This document shows, in pieces, positions 40,601 through 52,600 of a DNA stretch of 64,000 bases. Position 1 is the first letter of the stretch, and every line of letters starts with the position of its first letter. Source of the stretch: Amphiscolops sp. MND2022 (lineage: Eukaryota). Made by a program: the position numbers and the translations under genes. The notes beneath the pieces were generated by a model that saw nothing but the letters and a program-made list of their open reading frames with translations, had not been told where the DNA came from and searched no databases. The stretch covers positions 84,384,001 through 84,448,000 of the forward strand of contig OZ076409.1 in NCBI GenBank assembly GCA_964187785.1. The letters run 5' to 3'.

Positions 40601-41470
40601 GCAGTCGCAGGAAGCTTTTGCTGCAGACGCACTGCATCTCTAGCTGTGATGTCTAATTGCTGTGCGTCGGATGTTGAGAGCAACTCCTTACATAATCTAA
40701 CTCGTCTAGCCTCTGGCTTTTTTGTGGGAGAGGGATTTGGTGGTCGACTTGCATTGGCCTGCTTTCTTGCTCTCTTATTTGTATTGAGAATCATTAGGAG
40801 ATTTTTGGGGGTCTCGGTAGCCTGATTCTCATCTCGTTGCTGTTTTCGTTGGCGCTCTTTTAATTGTGGATCATTCTGGTATCGTACTAGTGGTTGTGGA
40901 TCATTTCTAGGACATCACCTTTAGACGTGGATGGCTTTGTTATGTCGCATGAATCTTGGAAAGTTACTGTCCTGGATGCTGGATCATTTATTACAACTTG
41001 CAAAGCTTGAAGCGCCTTTTGTGGATGTTCAGGAATTTGGTCTGGTCGTACTTTGTTTACTTCTATCCCTTCCCCCTGGAAAGCCGAAGGAAGCATGAAG
41101 TTTGAGCTAGGCTGCGTGGAGAGACGAATGCCAGCGGATGCCAGTGGCATGGTAGGGGTTAGGATAGGAGGTGGGATTATAGGCAAGGTACAGCTAAGAT
41201 GTGGCAAGGTTTCTTGCAAAGCCGGAGGCTGAGGTGTGAGCAAAATGCCTTGATAGAGGGGAAGGGGATTGGGTAGTGAGGGTGGTGGGGCAGTTAATGG
41301 TTGCATCCTTAGAGAACGTTCTTGATCCATGGGTTCTTGATCCAGTCCTAGTACGCTCAATATAGGACAAATGCGACCGCGGGATCCGGTTGATTGGAGG
41401 GTCCGGGAATGCGGTGACGGGAAGAATTATCCATGTTGGATAGTTGCAGAGATGATAGCACTGAAGTCGA
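37630..41470 (-). pseudogene. Large (~3.8 kb) disrupted cargo ORF of unknown function: Pro-rich N-terminus, possible SGNH-like domain
   Basis: Chain of same-strand ORF fragments: 41357-41593, 40887-41360, 39580-40794, 40164-40364, 39102-39365, 38205-38672, 37821-38096, 37655-37897. Confidence 0.5.
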
Positions 41471-41666
41471 ATGATTACGATAATGATTGGTAAGGGCTGT
41501 ACCGCGCGAAGGGAATGAAACTTCAAAACATTCTTCGAAAAACAGATTGCAAATGAATTTGAAAACAATTTTAGACAAGCAGACAAGGAGCAATTAATTA
41601 TTTGACGAACAAAATTTGGAGTTAAAAAGAGAGACCAATGGCCTCACGGGGTGCCCGAAAGGATGG

Positions 41667-43090
41667 TTATCTCTCACGTGTCACTGGTACTGATGCTATA
41701 GATACGTAAACGCGGTCGTGAAGTACTATATCGATGTTCGATTCGGTGAAATGGTCTCTAAGCATAGCATACCAAGTTGGAAGTAAGTTGATCGAACGTT
41801 CGGGATCGTAAATGGGAAAATGGACTCGTGCGATGCGTTTTTGATTGGGTTGGCGCATCAGATGTAGAGCTTCATGAATTATGGGATGTTTATTGGAAGC
41901 TCACGTGAACAATAGAAAAATCTCATTATTCCAGGGCGCGATTGATGATCTAGCTATGTGAACAGCTTTTCTTATGGTTGGACGGAACCAAAAAATCTTT
42001 TCTTGTCCATATTCTCGGATTACATAGCGCGTCATTGCTGAGTAAGATACAAGGTCCGCAGGACAACACAAAACGAGCGTGCCAAATGCCTGTAATATGT
42101 CTGTTTCGGCATAGGATATCCATGACGAGTAGTTTGGCCTAACCTCAGCATGCGTGATTAATTATTAACCCGTGGTTTTGGCAGAGTTGTCTGATGATGA
42201 TGAGACCAGGTGCTCGAAATTAGCCTTTCTCTCTTGTCATACAGTACGGCGCAAGGGTCGCTGACCCATGTTGGCATGTTGGTGCAGGACCAATCATGAA
42301 TCATGGAGAGCGCTTCAAGTGGATCATGGATTGGCTTCACTAGTGTGTTGGTATGCCGGTCCAAGATACGTATTCGCGCTTGCCGACAGAACACAAGTCC
42401 TATTAGTTGTAGCCAATGTTGTTGAAAGAAATTTGCGCGATAAATGTCTGTTAGGTTAAAGCAAACAGTGGTGTTGAATTCTACTAATGTGCGCAAGTTT
42501 TCCAGGCAAACTAACAACACTTCATCCATCGAGGTGACTAGTAGCCATCAGCCGTGGGTAGGCTGGTATACATTCTCGAGGGTTAGGTAATCGTTTCCAC
42601 GGTTGGTGTGCAGTGATGCAACGAACCATTTCCGTCTCTAAAGCCTCCGGATCGATTTTGGCAAACATTATCGAGGTGGTTCTTTGAGGTAGGACAGCGG
42701 GCAAAGTGAACTGCAGACCACTCTGGTCTTGTCGCGTGCTTTCCTTAAAACGATAGTAAGGACAATCGGAGGGAAAAGTGTTGTGCATCGTTTTCAGCGT
42801 AGTTTCTAGTGGTGGTTCTCCTGGTTCTATGCTTGCGTATCTTTTCTCTTCTGTTATTACAAAATGATGCACCAATGGAAGAATGTTGTTTCGTTTTGCT
42901 TGAATGGCGAGGATTGCCTGCTGCGGGTGTTGGTGTTCAGGTGCTTGCATAGTTAAGAGTTCACATGCAGTGGCGTCGCCTCCCGGGCAAATCGGTAGTC
43001 CGGAATTTTGCTCCTGAATAAGTTGACACAACTGCAGTTGCGGGAACCACAGGTTCCACACCGATATCGTGGTTCTCTGTTTCTTCTCAA
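41667..43090 (-). pseudogene. Cargo ORF with a TARG1/OARD1-like macrodomain (possibly two in tandem), disrupted
   Basis: The frame of ORF 41667-41858 extended to 42152 reads ISYAETDILQAFGTLVLCCPADL...EIFLLFT*ASNKHP...IARVHFPIY...YAMLRDHFTESNIDIVLH, colinear with TARG1 motifs. ORF 42158-42529 resembles the C-terminal half of a second such domain. Confidence 0.65.
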
Positions 43091-43499
43091 CTGATAACGT
43101 TGCATTCGTGATGGAGTTGTTTGGTCAGCATCTTGGTGAGTCGATGACTGGAAGGTTGGTTAGAGTCATTGCTAGTTCCAGAGTTCTTGACGGGGTTCTA
43201 GTGTTTTTCCGAGTTTTCTGTGTGATATGGCGTTACGCGTAGTGATCAAACAACAGTAATTGACTACTTTACGCAATCACGCTCAACGATCACAATGCGC
43301 ATTTTCTTATTACACTGTGCATTACATTCCGCGATGAACACGGTGCACTTTTTGACGGAAAATACACTTTACACATTTTAAAATCCACTTTTGCGGCTTA
43401 TGTATCGTTATGATGTTCCCGTGGGCGGTGTAATAGATTTTTGCGTGGACTCTCATTCAGGGAAAACCATCGGTTAGATTGATTCTGGAATCAGCTGTT

Positions 43500-44780
43500 C
43501 GGTCATCTCATTATTCGACTCCGAGTCGGAGGGGTGTCCGAAATGACTGAAGCTCCGTCGAGGTATCCCTTGTTCAACAACTGTCTGCGTTCGAGTTTGA
43601 TTGATACGCGGGGGAATCGGTCTGTTTGGCTCTTATTCGAACGATACCTCAGGCAGCTGTTCCGGCACGAAAAAGTCCGGTGAAATGTCACGCGCTATTT
43701 CTTCGTGACTTTCTACGACGTAAGGGTTTGCAAATATAGCTACGTTCTGATCCGGCCCAAAGGGTTGATGTGCTGCCCAGTCCCATGGTGCATGGACATG
43801 CTTTTTAAATCGTTCGAAGTGGGTCTATGGGCCTGTGGCTAACACGTATAAGCGTCCATCTTGTAAGACATCGTTTACTTTGTGGGGACCACGGCAAGCT
43901 CGAATTGGTTTGCGAGTGCCACCTTTCGGTATTATGTGGCAAAATACCCAAACTGCATCGCCTACAGCATGCACTTTCGCTTTGAGGTGTTTATCAAGTT
44001 TTTGCTTCTGTTTCAGGTGTGCCTGGTGTGTATTTCTACGAACTAGCTCGTGAATTTCTTGTTGTCTAGCTAATTGGTGCTCTACGAACTCTTCTTTGGA
44101 CTCAAAACATTGCGCAGCGAACTCAGGGTGTAAGAACGATAATGGAATTGACTTTTCAGCTCCATGTTGGAGCTTGTGAGGCGAAAACCCAGTTGTTGCA
44201 TGGCGAGTAGATTTGTAAGCGCCAAGACTTCATCTATATGCCTGTCCCAATTTTGCATCCTGCGTGATGAATGCACTCGAAGTAGTGTGACCAGTGTTCG
44301 ATTTTGTCGTTCCACGTGTCCATTTCCTCTTGCGTGAGCAGGGGTGGGTATTTCTTTGGTGACTTGAGACGCTTTCATGAGTTCTTGTGCTATCTCTGCC
44401 ATGAAGTTAGTCGTTTTATCAGATTGCATTCGAGCCGGAGTTCCGTGTCTGGCAAACCCTTTATGGAGGATTCTCTTCGCAGTCGTTTGTGCGTCGTATT
44501 CATTGTGGGCACAGGGGACCGCTTCAGCAAATTTGGTGAATTGATCTTTAATGACTAGTAGTCTTGTATTTCCTGACTCGGTTTTGTAAAGTTTCAAGTT
44601 TTCAAGTTTTAGTGGTGGAACTGCACTAGAACTTTGAAGTTGCTGCTATTGATGCTTTGTAGAGGATAGCATGGGTTCCCGGCTGGATGCTTGGTTTGTT
44701 GGCATGTCAAGCAGTGCTTAATGTGGTTTACCTCATTACGCTTGATAACCGGCCAGGTGTGTCTCTCATGTAATCTTGTC
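43500..44780 (-). pseudogene. Gypsy integrase remnant
   Basis: Zinc-finger part HTWPVIKRNEVNHIKHCLTCQQTK (~44690-44760); core DQFTKFAEAVP...QSD...GNGHVERQNRTL in ORF 44082-44597; GPY/F-like RGPHKV at ~43880. Confidence 0.9.
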
Positions 44781-44859
44781 ATCTTTTTCGTCTTGGTAGG
44801 CTCCCTTTGGTGATTGGCGGGCGGTATCAGTTCGGACTGATTGGCTGTTCACCATCATG

Positions 44860-45920
44860 CTAAGCTACATTTCCATACGATGCTTGCACTGGGGGAGGTG
44901 CTGTACTAGTAGAGGGCATGTTCGCTGAATTCTGAGCTACTGGTATTGGTGAAGGGCGCGCCTGCGCTGCAGCGGTTTGAGCTACTACCGGTCTGACACC
45001 TAAGGTCAGGTCTTGCATGGTTGTCATCAGCTCCGCCATACGGTTGTTGGCATCAGAATCCCGACGTTGCATGAGGTCTGGCATGAGTTTCAGGCGTTCG
45101 TCTGCTTGACGATCCCTCTCCTTCATGAGGGCTGACATTTCAGACATGCGCGTGTCGGACAAATTCTCACGTTGTCTGATCAGATCATTGATTGTGGCAA
45201 TTGATGCTTCTAATCTTTCTTGACTCCTACGCCCTTCAGCTTGTATTTCTTTGAGGCCTCTGCGCATTTCGTCTCATTGTTCTCTATAGCGAGCCGCAAT
45301 TGCACTTTAGTAAGCTTGGCTTGGCTGTGTCTAAAATCCTCTCTTATGGCCTTCGACTCTTTTATGTCTTTAGTGATTGTCGAATCCGGAGCGGTTGTGC
45401 TACTGATTCTAGAACCCGGGGTATGGTCCATTCGTTCTGTATCAGCTAGGCGGGCACTAGGGCCTGCCATTGGTGGTGTTCGAAACGTAAACCTTTGTGG
45501 ATTGTGTTCCACGGGGTTTTCTTGTTTGTCTGCTGACTTATCTTGCAGGTTAGCTTGTATTTTCCGTGGAGTAAATCCGCGCAGAAACAGGTTCTTGTTT
45601 TCACTGCTAGTTGATGCGTGGGAACCCGAAGGGTCCCTGTCCGTTTCTGTTTTCGGGGGCGCTTCCTCAGGGATTACGCTTGTACTAGTTCGCGGTATCC
45701 ACTCATTGGTTTGTCTGTTCGCCAGCCTTTTGTTTGAATTCAGCCAACCATCAAGGCTATAGTTGGTCACCTCCAGCGGAGGTCAAGCGTTGCTTTGGCG
45801 CGTTGCCTCAGCGCCATCCACTGGATTGGTGCTGTCGGAGGAAGCTCGCTATGATTCGGGCTGGCACGCTGAGGCCATTTCCCGTTTTGATCAGCGTTGG
45901 AGACGTTGTCTGACATAATT
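44860..45920 (-). pseudogene. gag-like N-terminal remnant (low-complexity/coiled-coil)
   Basis: Overlapping frameshifted ORFs 45210-45770 and 44860-45267 directly after the PBS. The assignment is positional only. Confidence 0.5.
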
Positions 45921-46221
45921 TCTAAAAATACATCCGCAATCATAGCATCTCTTTAAATTCCGTCTCTAAATGCCTCGCGAATGAATATGTGACGTGAAGG
46001 CCACTGGGATCCCTAGACGGCTCATGTTTGGGTTGTAGGTATTACCACTTACTCAATTCGATGTTGGCTAGCGGGTTGTGGCGGGTATAATTTCGATATT
46101 TGTACTTTTTGTACTTTTGGGGCATGGTTTTGGCTGTTTAATGGTTTGCCTACTCCTTCCCCTGTATAAGTTTGGACTGGAGGTGAAAGAAGTTGACAAT
46201 TAATTCCTATGTTCTTGTCGG

Positions 46222-46234
46222 ACCTGGAGCTCAA
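46222..46234 (-). promoter_or_regulatory. Degenerate primer-binding site, tRNA-Ile(UAU)-like
   Basis: Minus strand TTGAGCTCCAGGT matches TGGTGCTCCAGGT, the complement of the metazoan tRNA-Ile(UAU) 3' end, at 11 of 13 positions. Confidence 0.55.
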
Positions 46235-46239
46235 ACAAT

Positions 46240-46620
46240 TGGTGATACGAATTTCGAAGTTGTAGCCCACAATGCTGAAGGACTGAGATGAACAAAAATT
46301 TCGATCCTTACTGGTCAACAAAACGTTTATTTGATGTAATACTACAAAGGCTACTAAAGAAGAAAGCTAGCAGAGCTAACATACAATTTTTTGAGCCACA
46401 GGCTATGTGGTTGGACGAACAGAAAGGTTTTGGCTCTTCTAATATGTTTTACAGTGATCAGTTACGTAATCACGACGCTTGCGCCTTAAGCGTGTTCTAC
46501 GTTACTCGCGCTGCCATTTGGTTTGAGAGCACAAGTGGGGTAACTATAGAAAGGGGGCACTGGGGATAGACCCTGGGGATGAGTAGGTACTAGGACTCAT
46601 ACTGCTGAAAGATTGTTACG
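46240..46620 (-). repeat. Probable 5' LTR of the decayed Gypsy
   Basis: Minus strand runs (C)GTAACAATC...TATCACCA, contains AATAAA (~46326-46331) and lies just upstream of the PBS-like site. There is no second copy to confirm it. Confidence 0.45.
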
Positions 46621-49600
46621 GTTCCGATCGTAGTATGATCAAAGGGAAGACAGTTTTCTACTCACAGAGATACTATTGTACTAGATGTTCTGTTTCGAGG
46701 CGCACTGCGTATCAAGTCTACGTCGTCAAAAAAGCCCTTAAACGTGTGCTCGCTCTTGCTCGGCGCTCTAGGTTAGAGTATGCGTGAACGTAACTAATAT
46801 TGGCACCTAAGCGACCTTGACAGCTGCTTCGAGGAAAAACCTGACATCACGTTTTTCGCTACGACCTCTTAAAAACAGTTTTTTAATGGACCCAAAATCT
46901 TAGGCTTGACTTAGCTCTTTTCAGAGTGCAGTGCTTCAACTAGACGTGCTTTGGGTGACTAGTGTACTTGTGAGGTCGTTTGAAGCCTCGCTTGCGAATA
47001 AACTAGCTAAAACTAAAAATCACTAAGTTTTCGTCAATATGCACGTCTGGGAGAGGTGAAAATATTTTCTAGAGCTACTAGCGACCTGAAAATTCCACAC
47101 AGTATATTACAATGGATAAATTGTGGGAAAATTACCACCGATTGCGGTAAAATTGATTGTATGTGACTTGCGGTGGCTCACCAATGTTGTTAGAAAAGTC
47201 GACTATTTTGTAAAATTCACCCAAGCTCGTCAAACTCGTCTTCTAGACCCCTAGCTACCTGAAATTTTGTATACGAGCGTGAATTATTCCCACGTAACAA
47301 CAACACAAGCTGGTGGGGTGCCCGATGCTTTACTCAGCAATCCGAGTTGACAAAGCTATTATGTACCCTTGATGTCATTTTTCGGGTATAAATTCACAAA
47401 TATGTCAATTTCTTCACGTTGGACAGTAGCAAGCTGCCCAACATGCACAAATCGTCGGGATTTGGTGCTGTGAGTACGAAAAGACTAAATCCTTAGTGCT
47501 GGGAAACCTACAAAGTATTGCACAATGCTCAACTAAAATTCGATTTTTTCGACATTTTCAAACAATTTTTGAGCAAAACTGCGGCTAAGATTTCTCAATC
47601 TCTAGTAATGCTAGCGCCACTGACGTAACTGTTTGCGGTCTACACGATGGCGTAATCCGTTACGAGCTGCTGCTACTAGGAGAGATTTCGACCTGTCTCA
47701 GAAACGCTACTCCAGTGTTCCGAAAATGTCGCAAAAATGACACGTTTTTGACTCTTTCTCTGCCAACACTGGTCAGAATCACTTGCGATTTTCTGCGTTA
47801 CCAACGTTCTGCTGTATATTAACAGAAAATAGGCAAGCGAAATTTGGCAGGTTGTAAATAAGGTCACTCAAGTAATTTTCAAGTTGCACGTTTTACAATC
47901 TCGGAACAAGGCTGTGCTGACAATACGTTTTTTCACCAAGAATTTTCTTCTCAGTTCTCAGACGTTCCGAATGGTTGTATTATTAGCGTATTAAGGTGTA
48001 ATAACTTTATTCAGGGGACTGGGTTTTTTTCAATAATTACTTTTGATGTTATATCTCTCAGGTCTATGGGGACCTCTATTCAGGTCTATGTATAGAAAAG
48101 AAAATCAAGGGTTAATGTTTCATATTGAGAAAGCTTACAAAATGTCTTGGCAGTAGCGTTTTGTACCACCGATCTCCACCGATCTCGGGAATAAGATTTT
48201 TGGGCGGCTTCGCCCTCGTCAAATTTGGTCTTTTAGGCGAAATTTGATTTTTTTTCAACAAAAATCTCTAAATTTTTTAATTTTATCACAATTTATCCAA
48301 TTAACTTTTACTGTTCCTGACGTGGTAGGTCTAATGGAACCTTTTTATCGTGTTCCCACTGGCCGTACTTTTTTCTACAAAGTTTTGGAAAAAATTTGTC
48401 TACAGAAAAAAGACATGATCTTCGCCCAATAACTTCGACAACAACTTCCAATGTTCGTCTGTCAAGATTTTCCTCGTACCTTCGAAGTTCGGCAGGTCCT
48501 TGGAATCACTACAGAAAACGAAAAAGTGAAGACACCCAAGCGCAAGTTATGCTGATCTCTTTTTAATTTCAAGTCAACTAGTCCTTGTCGGGATATTTTG
48601 TTCATTTGACTAAAATTTTCAAAAAATCAAAACCTTGATTTATATAATTATCGTGTTGTTGGATGTATCGAAGAGCGAAAAGAGAAGATCAACTGAAACA
48701 AAACTGGATTGTCTGGACAATTTGCTTCAGCGTCATTCTCATAGAAGCGAAGTGTGACAGTTTCCAGATTTTTTGCAATAAGCGGTTTTGGAACATTTTT
48801 CTCTCACAATACGCATTCTCTTTTTCACGTTCAATAGAATAACTGCTTTTGCAGTTTTTGGAGAAAATAGCAACAAACACTTCAGTTTCTTTCTTTTGTT
48901 TTGTCGGTTCGTCATCGCTGGACTGAAAACAATTGGAGCAACTGAATGCGCATACTGTAGGTGAATGAACGGGGCTACTTTTTCGACGACGGAAAATGTT
49001 TCAGAAAAAATTTTTTGGTCATTAAATTTTCAGACAATTTAAAAAAAAAATGGTTTTTCTATTTATTTGGTCACAATCAAATTGCGTTTAAAAGTTTTTT
49101 TGAAACCTTGTTTTTGGATTAAATGACTCCAGCAAAAGAACGGTCTTTTATGTTTTAGCATCTGAACGAGCATGTAAACAAAAACTCTATAAAAATTTAT
49201 TTGAAAGTTGCGATGAAATATGGTGAAGTTTTGCCTTCAAAGGAGTTTCGTGACCATATTCACAATCCTTGTATGTAACTGTACACATATATTTTAGTGT
49301 TATTGCGAGTTGAACTCTTGTCGGAGTTTTCAGGGCGTCTATATTCATCCAAATGATTGTATTTTTCTCCATACAGGCATGACAGGCGCAATAATTTTCA
49401 TCTAACAAAAAGTGGATTAACACACCATCAGATTTTCATCTTTTTAAAAGCTAGGCGGACCTTGCACAGTTTACTTCAAAATATAAGCAACATTTCCCCC
49501 GTTTTTCTTAGTTCCCTCAAAACGCGTTCCGCTAACCCAAAAAAGAAGGGACATCAAATATTGACCTGTAATGTGTTCATTGTTGGGTCGCCACATAAAA

Positions 49601-52600
49601 GAAGGAACAAAGTCGTCATTAATATTTTATCTGACATTTGTGGGCTTATAAAATTTTCCAATAAATTTATTCATTTTTTGATCTGTATTCACGGATTAGG
49701 AACCGCTGCCTTCATTCAAATGAGATAAGATGACACACTTGAACAACTAAGCAATGCATTTTTAATCAGCCTATAGTCTAGTTTCCCCCTTTGTTAAATT
49801 CGGGAAAATGGGGCTCTAGTGGAAGGCTATTCCCATAGATATACCCAGATATCCACCGGGCGACACCCTCGCCTGGTAATATTATGTAAAATATATACTT
49901 AGGGGGTGTCAAAATTATCTCATAAAGTGCAGCACTTTGTATCATAAGTCATTGTCCGTGCGTATGAATGTTATGATTACTCCGTAGTGTAATAAAAATG
50001 CATCTCTATATTTATATAATATGTTTCAAGTTGCGATTTTGATAACTCTTTGAGGCGCCAACTCATGATTTTTCCGAAAAGAATTCAAAAAATCAAGTGT
50101 ATTTATCTTTTTGTCAAAAAAAACTGAAATATGGTTTGAAAAGGATTTGTAGAATGAGAAACAACTAACAGTCAATCATTTGACAGTTTAATTTCATAAA
50201 GCGCTGTTATTAGTACCTGTCATGCTTACTTAATCAGTAGAAAACCAAACTTAAGCTAGAATAACACAACATTCGAGAATATTCTTTAGAAATACTTTCG
50301 ATCGCATTACGAAAACTTAGGTATTAAAAAAACAATTCAGATTACAGAGCTAATGGAAGAGAGATACTCAAAGCCAGAGAAATTCCAGCCAATGAGTTCA
50401 CACCAATGTTTATTAACTGGACCATCAAATGAAAATTAGTAAATCCGTTTCGGAGAAAAATAGAAGCGGAAGTGCTGAAGGTAGCGGAACATTGTCCAAT
50501 TCATGAAGATGATCAGAAAGATCGATTTGGCACAAATGACCAATTTATGGGAGATTTTTCAGGGATACAGAACCTGAAGAACGTGAAGTTGGCGGGAGAC
50601 ATTGAAGGCATCTTTAATTAGGAACGGCCTTATCAGAAACAACTGAAACTACCCCTCAACTGCTCATTCCGGATAATTTTCACTTAGGAGAGATACAAAA
50701 TTAACATTCACGCATTTTTTTTGAATAATTTTCAGCTAGAATTAACTGAATGCGCAGCTGACGCCTGGAAACACATCCTACAAGTAGACAAAAAAGATGT
50801 GAATTTGAGAATTAATCGGCAAGGGGTTTCTCATTCGAAAGTTTTTAACAGTGGAAAATTTTTTGATGTTATTTCGGTCATTGAGACTATAAATACTGAA
50901 CGGAGGAGAACCTGCGGGTCCAAACTGACTGAAATCAGGAAACCATTTCTGCTGGTGGCGCAGTACTTTTGCGCATGTGTCGTGGTGTCAACATTATCTT
51001 GTTCGAGTTCAGATTTACCTTGTTGGAGTGCGGTATATCTGAATAGTCTAGAGCGTCATCCATCTGATGTCTGATGTATTTGCCGCTATCAGTTTGCGGT
51101 GATCAATTGCATTTCAGTCATCTCGTGTTGATCTCCATACAAAAAACATCTGGATCATAAAAACTGATAGATGGTGATCCGTATTTCTATCCGCAGGGTT
51201 ATCATCACAATTACTTTGTTTTCGGTATTTCATGCAGTTTTTTTAAGGTTGATCTCGTTTGAAGCACAATTCTCCCGGGTAATAGCTGAAATAAAACAAT
51301 AAATCCTAATACAAAAAGAAGTCGAAAAATGTTGTTACATCTTTTAAGGTTTGCGTAGGAAAAATTGTTTTCTATGTAGCCGTGTTTGATAATGGATGTC
51401 GAGACAGAATTATCTCCGGTTCCACCTTCAACTTGAACAGCTGAAGGTCATTATTATTGGGGAGGTTTCTTTATTATAAATTCATTTTTATTATAATTTT
51501 TATGGAAAACATGCAAGTCATACAATGACCATATCTGAAAACATTTCAGTCATAGCTCATAGCTATGTATGTACTAAATGTTATGTCAACGCCATCCGGT
51601 ATCCTAATTTGGTTGGGCTTTAAGATGCATTGCCTCTTTCCTTGGCTGGAGTCACTTGAGGTGCATTAACCGACATTATCTCTGGAAACACATAATTGAG
51701 TTGTGTAGCTTCTCGGTTGATAGCTTCATATGGTAGTCATTTGACTCAGAGGATTCAGAAATGTTGTAAGGTGCAGGACGAAATCTGCATTGGTGCTTCA
51801 AATATCTGCATAAAACTAACGCGGCATTAAATTGCGAAAACTTCACTTCTTTTTTCCTTGGGACAGAGTAAACTGAGGACAGTGAATAGACAAGAAGGTT
51901 TCGACTAAAAACATGCATCTTAGTTTGAATTTCAATGTTTGCATGATATAAGAATGTTATCCAATTTTTCCATGCAGCATCATTTATTGTATTTGCACAA
52001 ACTGTTCGTGGTAGCAACAGTCTTTCAAGTGTGCAGCAATTCCATTTGAATTTTTTGTAAAAATTAGGTTCTTTAATCTCCTTACTTGGAACACATGTGT
52101 TTCAGATCGAGACATTTGGTGATCTTTGTTCGCTGCTGGTTGGAAATAATTGTTCCATCTGCGTTTCAGGAAAGGAGGGAAATGGAAATTAGTTCACACT
52201 TTGCCATTTTTTTCAGCCAGTTTGAGAAACTGGATACGACCTTACCACTCTTTTCTGTTTAGCTGCGTAGTATAGTCTTATATATCCATTTAAATACCAG
52301 TATAAACCACCAGGGAGATGAATTGATTTAAACCTCTCTTTTGAGCGATGAACTTTACATAAACTTCAAAATAGCTTCCTGGAAAAATAAAAATCTGTCA
52401 ATTCTCAGCCAATTTTAACAATTTGAACGAAAAACAGCAAGAGCTTGAGATTTTTATGGTTTTAAGATAACTCAATTCCTGCCTTAGCTCTTCTCTTTCC
52501 CTTCATATGCATTAAATTTGTTGATTTTTTGTTTTGCTTAGTGAATGCAATATCAAATTTCGGATTCATTACTATTTGAAACAAAAGATCAAAACAAAAG

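Larger units (their letters stand above)
37540..46620 (-). mobile_element. Decayed, internally deleted Ty3/Gypsy LTR retrotransposon with long 3' cargo region
   Basis: Minus-strand order: LTR-like segment, PBS, gag-like remnant, integrase, extra ORFs. Many stops and frameshifts; no 3' LTR recognised; left boundary approximate. Confidence 0.8.

Noticed and set aside
30452..48115. TTAACCCTT (30452) and AAGGGTTAA (~48107) as ends of one giant piggyBac element
   Set aside because: The inverted match is only CCCTT beyond TTAA, the subterminal sequences differ and there is no piggyBac transposase; probably unrelated termini.
46620..49900. Possible genes or transposases in this interval
   Set aside because: Only short ORFs without recognisable motifs; probably old repeat fragments that I cannot classify.
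50350..50700. CLLTGPSN as a Walker-A remnant of a Polinton/Maverick ATPase
   Set aside because: A stop follows within a few codons, there is no GK[ST], and no other Polinton gene is recognisable.
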